Virus record (IMG/VR): IMGVR_UViG_3300034198_017033
Span: 32,445-96,444 of that record
Reading direction: 5' to 3' (one strand)
From: a virus
DNA length: 64,000 nt
The number at the start of each line of letters is the position of its first letter. The first letter of the stretch is position 1. This document shows positions 61,936 through 64,000 of this stretch, piece by piece. Both the position numbers and the translations under genes were made by a program. The notes beneath the pieces are model-generated. The model searched no databases. It was not told where the DNA came from and saw only the letters and a program-made list of their open reading frames with translations.

Positions 61936-64000
61936 TTAAAAATCCATACTTAATTCTAGCATTATTGTGTTACCTCCAGATAAAGGAATAGGTGTTGATA
62001 ATTTACCAATACAAACTAAATTATTACTAGAATCATAAATACCAACCTCAGTTATTTTTATTGTAGCTGGGTTAGTAGCTGGATTAGTACTTCTAGTTGG
62101 GTTTGTAGTAGAGTTAAACTGACCCGCATTTACCGTAATGTTAAAAATTGTTTTGTAAATTGTTGCACCAATGTACGTTGTTAAATTACCATAGAAAAAT
62201 CTTTCATCACCAAATTGTAAATAAGTAGGGTTTGTATTTGCTGGTAAATTTAAAGATTGTATCGCATTGTATGTTGTTGCGTTGTTATCTTTTAATTTAT
62301 CTAAAATAAAACCAGTAATATTAGAGTTTTGATTTTCTAATAATTTAGGGTCTATCGTTTTGTTAGCAACAGATGTGATAGCTGTTGATGTAAAATCATA
62401 TTGTTTCCAACTACCAGATGCTGGTCTTGTTGTTGATTCAGCAACTATTTGATACAATAACTTAAATGTATCAGCATAAAAACCATACCCATCATAACCA
62501 ACGTTTTCTATCTTACGCATATAAGTTAATAAATCAGTCCCATTTATTCTAAATGCAACATCTTTTGCTGTTGATGTGTTGTTTGTAATTTTTATGTATT
62601 TTTGACATGATAGTGAAGTAGTTAAACCGCTATTATAATTGTTTTCTAATGCGTATGAAATATACATAGTTTCACCAACTGCTAACACACCTGTAGAAGT
62701 ACCACCAGATGGTGCTTGTAACACTGCTGATAATTCTGGTAATGTCCAGTTTCTATTTGATTTGTATGACATAGCTGAAACAATTTCATCATCAGTAAAC
62801 ACAACTGTTTTTAGTTGTGGGAATACTTTACCAACAACATTAGCTGTTAACCCAGTGTTTATTTTTGTTGGGTCTTCTATTAAATCAATATATTCAATAT
62901 CAGTATTTGTTATGTATTTAGTACTACCAGACCCTATAAAATTCATACCCATACTAGTACCACTAGCAGTGGCACCTGTTGTTCTATGATACATCAAGTC
63001 AGGTAATGTAATGTTTAAATATTTACCTGACGTTAAATCGGTGTAAAAATATTCACCATATAAATTAGAAATTGTGTTATTTGTATAATGAACTATTGAT
63101 ATAGATTTGCTTACATCGTCTAAATAACTTAAGCCAACACCATCACATGTTGCTGGACCTGTTGTGCTATCAGATTCACAATCAATTTCAAAATATGGTT
63201 GTTTTTGTCCTAAGAAATTATAAGAACCAAATTTAGTGTAATCTTCATATAAATTTGTAGATGTTAAACCAGTGATACCAGCTATATTTTCACACCAAAC
63301 ATTATTCATATTCCAAACGGGAACATCTGAACATGTTACATTGTTAGCTGAATCAAAAGATAAAGTACCAGTATCCCAATAAGCTGTTGTATTACCAGTT
63401 GCTATTGTATTATAAACCTCACCACCTCTATAAACAATAACTTGATTAGTGGTTGTTTGTGAAGAAAAATTAGGTAAGTTTCTATCTAAAGTTAAAGTAT
63501 TCGTACCTACTGATTGAACCTTATACCATAAATTAGGTAGTGGTTTTGTGTTCGCGTTAACTGTTATGTTACCAGCACTAGTATTAGACGATTTTAACAA
63601 AATTAAATCACCAACGTTAATTGTGCTTCCAGTTGGTATTGTTATGTTTAATACAGTGCCACCAGTTAATACATTATTTGACACAGTGGTTGTGAATGGT
63701 GTATAAGTACTACCAGTTAAAGTTGTATATGTACCACCAGAATTAGAGAAAAACCCTCTTTCTGTCGCAGCATTGTTTACTTGTGCTTTGATAACATTTA
63801 AAACGCTTGCATCTATAGTGTTTAAAGGACTAGACGCATTGCTAGGTTTAACAAAATATTTAAGATTAGGTTCTCTATCTACTGGTCTCATAACAACACT
63901 TGTTGCAGATAATGAAACATCTGTTGGGTTTGCGTCTACGTTAGCTTCCCTAACATAATTTAATTCAGAATCACCAACAGCCCAATATGTAAAATTTAAT
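61936..64000 (-). CDS. virion structural protein (Thr/Asn/Gly-rich), probably 5'-partial
   Basis: C-terminus EVGIYDSSNNLVCIGKLSTPIPLSGGNTIMLELSMDF. The frame stays open upstream of the Met at 63891 to the end of the window. Confidence 0.4.
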   Translation of the reverse strand, partial: LNFTYWAVGDSELNYVREANVDANPTDVSLSATSVVMRPVDREPNLKYFVKPSNASSPLNTIDASVLNVIKAQVNNAATERGFFSNSGGTYTTLTGSTYTPFTTTVSNNVLTGGTVLNITIPTGSTINVGDLILLKSSNTSAGNITVNANTKPLPNLWYKVQSVGTNTLTLDRNLPNFSSQTTTNQVIVYRGGEVYNTIATGNTTAYWDTGTLSFDSANNVTCSDVPVWNMNNVWCENIAGITGLTSTNLYEDYTKFGSYNFLGQKQPYFEIDCESDSTTGPATCDGVGLSYLDDVSKSISIVHYTNNTISNLYGEYFYTDLTSGKYLNITLPDLMYHRTTGATASGTSMGMNFIGSGSTKYITNTDIEYIDLIEDPTKINTGLTANVVGKVFPQLKTVVFTDDEIVSAMSYKSNRNWTLPELSAVLQAPSGGTSTGVLAVGETMYISYALENNYNSGLTTSLSCQKYIKITNNTSTAKDVAFRINGTDLLTYMRKIENVGYDGYGFYADTFKLLYQIVAESTTRPASGSWKQYDFTSTAITSVANKTIDPKLLENQNSNITGFILDKLKDNNATTYNAIQSLNLPANTNPTYLQFGDERFFYGNLTTYIGATIYKTIFNITVNAGQFNSTTNPTRSTNPATNPATIKITEVGIYDSSNNLVCIGKLSTPIPLSGGNTIMLELSMDF

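Noticed and set aside
1-64000. Whole-element use of genetic code 4 (TGA=Trp) or code 15 (TAG=Gln)
   Set aside because: Almost all long genes are intact under the standard code, including an 8-kb run of replication genes and the structural genes. In-frame TGA/TAG codons are confined to the RF1-like gene, the PTH2 start and two small promoter-proximal frames. Any recoding would therefore be gene-specific rather than global.

Overview
This window looks like virulent-phage DNA, AT-rich (by eye about 30% GC), with a T4-like or jumbo-like gene set. Almost every gene is on the minus strand, in operon-like runs.

Host inference: nearly every transcription unit is preceded, in minus orientation, by a Bacteroidetes-type sigma-A -7 box TAnnTTTG. 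On the plus strand this appears as tgcaaatatacta or gcaaagatac. Many encoded proteins carry Bacteroidetes-style signal peptides. The host is therefore almost certainly in the phylum Bacteroidota.

Recognisable replication, recombination and lysis genes: T4-type ATP-dependent DNA ligase, gp61-like TOPRIM primase, SbcC/SbcD (gp46/gp47-like) pair, RNase HII, RuvC-like resolvase, endonuclease VII-like nuclease, PD-(D/E)xK nuclease, a gp1-like dNMP kinase candidate, ClpP, DnaJ, a sigma-70 family sigma factor, a GH19 endolysin and two large paralogous structural proteins.

The most striking content is an unusually dense RNA/translation-directed arsenal:
- T4-like RNA ligase 1 and RNA ligase 2.
- A polynucleotide kinase fused to a 2H (HxTx) phosphoesterase rather than the HAD phosphatase of T4 Pnk.
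- NUDIX hydrolase, class II CCA-adding enzyme, two PTH2-like peptidyl-tRNA hydrolase homologs.
- A Mesh1/SpoT-like (p)ppGpp hydrolase and a WGR-PARP.
- At least 16 minus-strand tRNA genes. Three of these carry an extra variable-arm hairpin (class-II-like) yet have anticodons GUU, GAU and CAU.

Two candidate stop-codon readthrough arrangements stand out. A tRNA with anticodon CUA (amber-suppressor type) sits immediately upstream of a PTH2 homolog whose reading frame begins ATG-ACT-TAG. An N-terminally truncated RF1-like release factor (PxT type) has two in-frame TGA codons, one at the conserved Trp position.

Seven otherwise unrelated proteins begin with the same motif M-K-x-x-I-K-Q/K-L-L-R-E-x-L.

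Several stretches lie between a promoter and a terminator with no conventional ORF and are candidate ncRNAs.

All calls are made by eye without tools. tRNA ends are accurate to about 2 nt and anticodon assignments need confirmation with tRNAscan-SE or ARAGORN.
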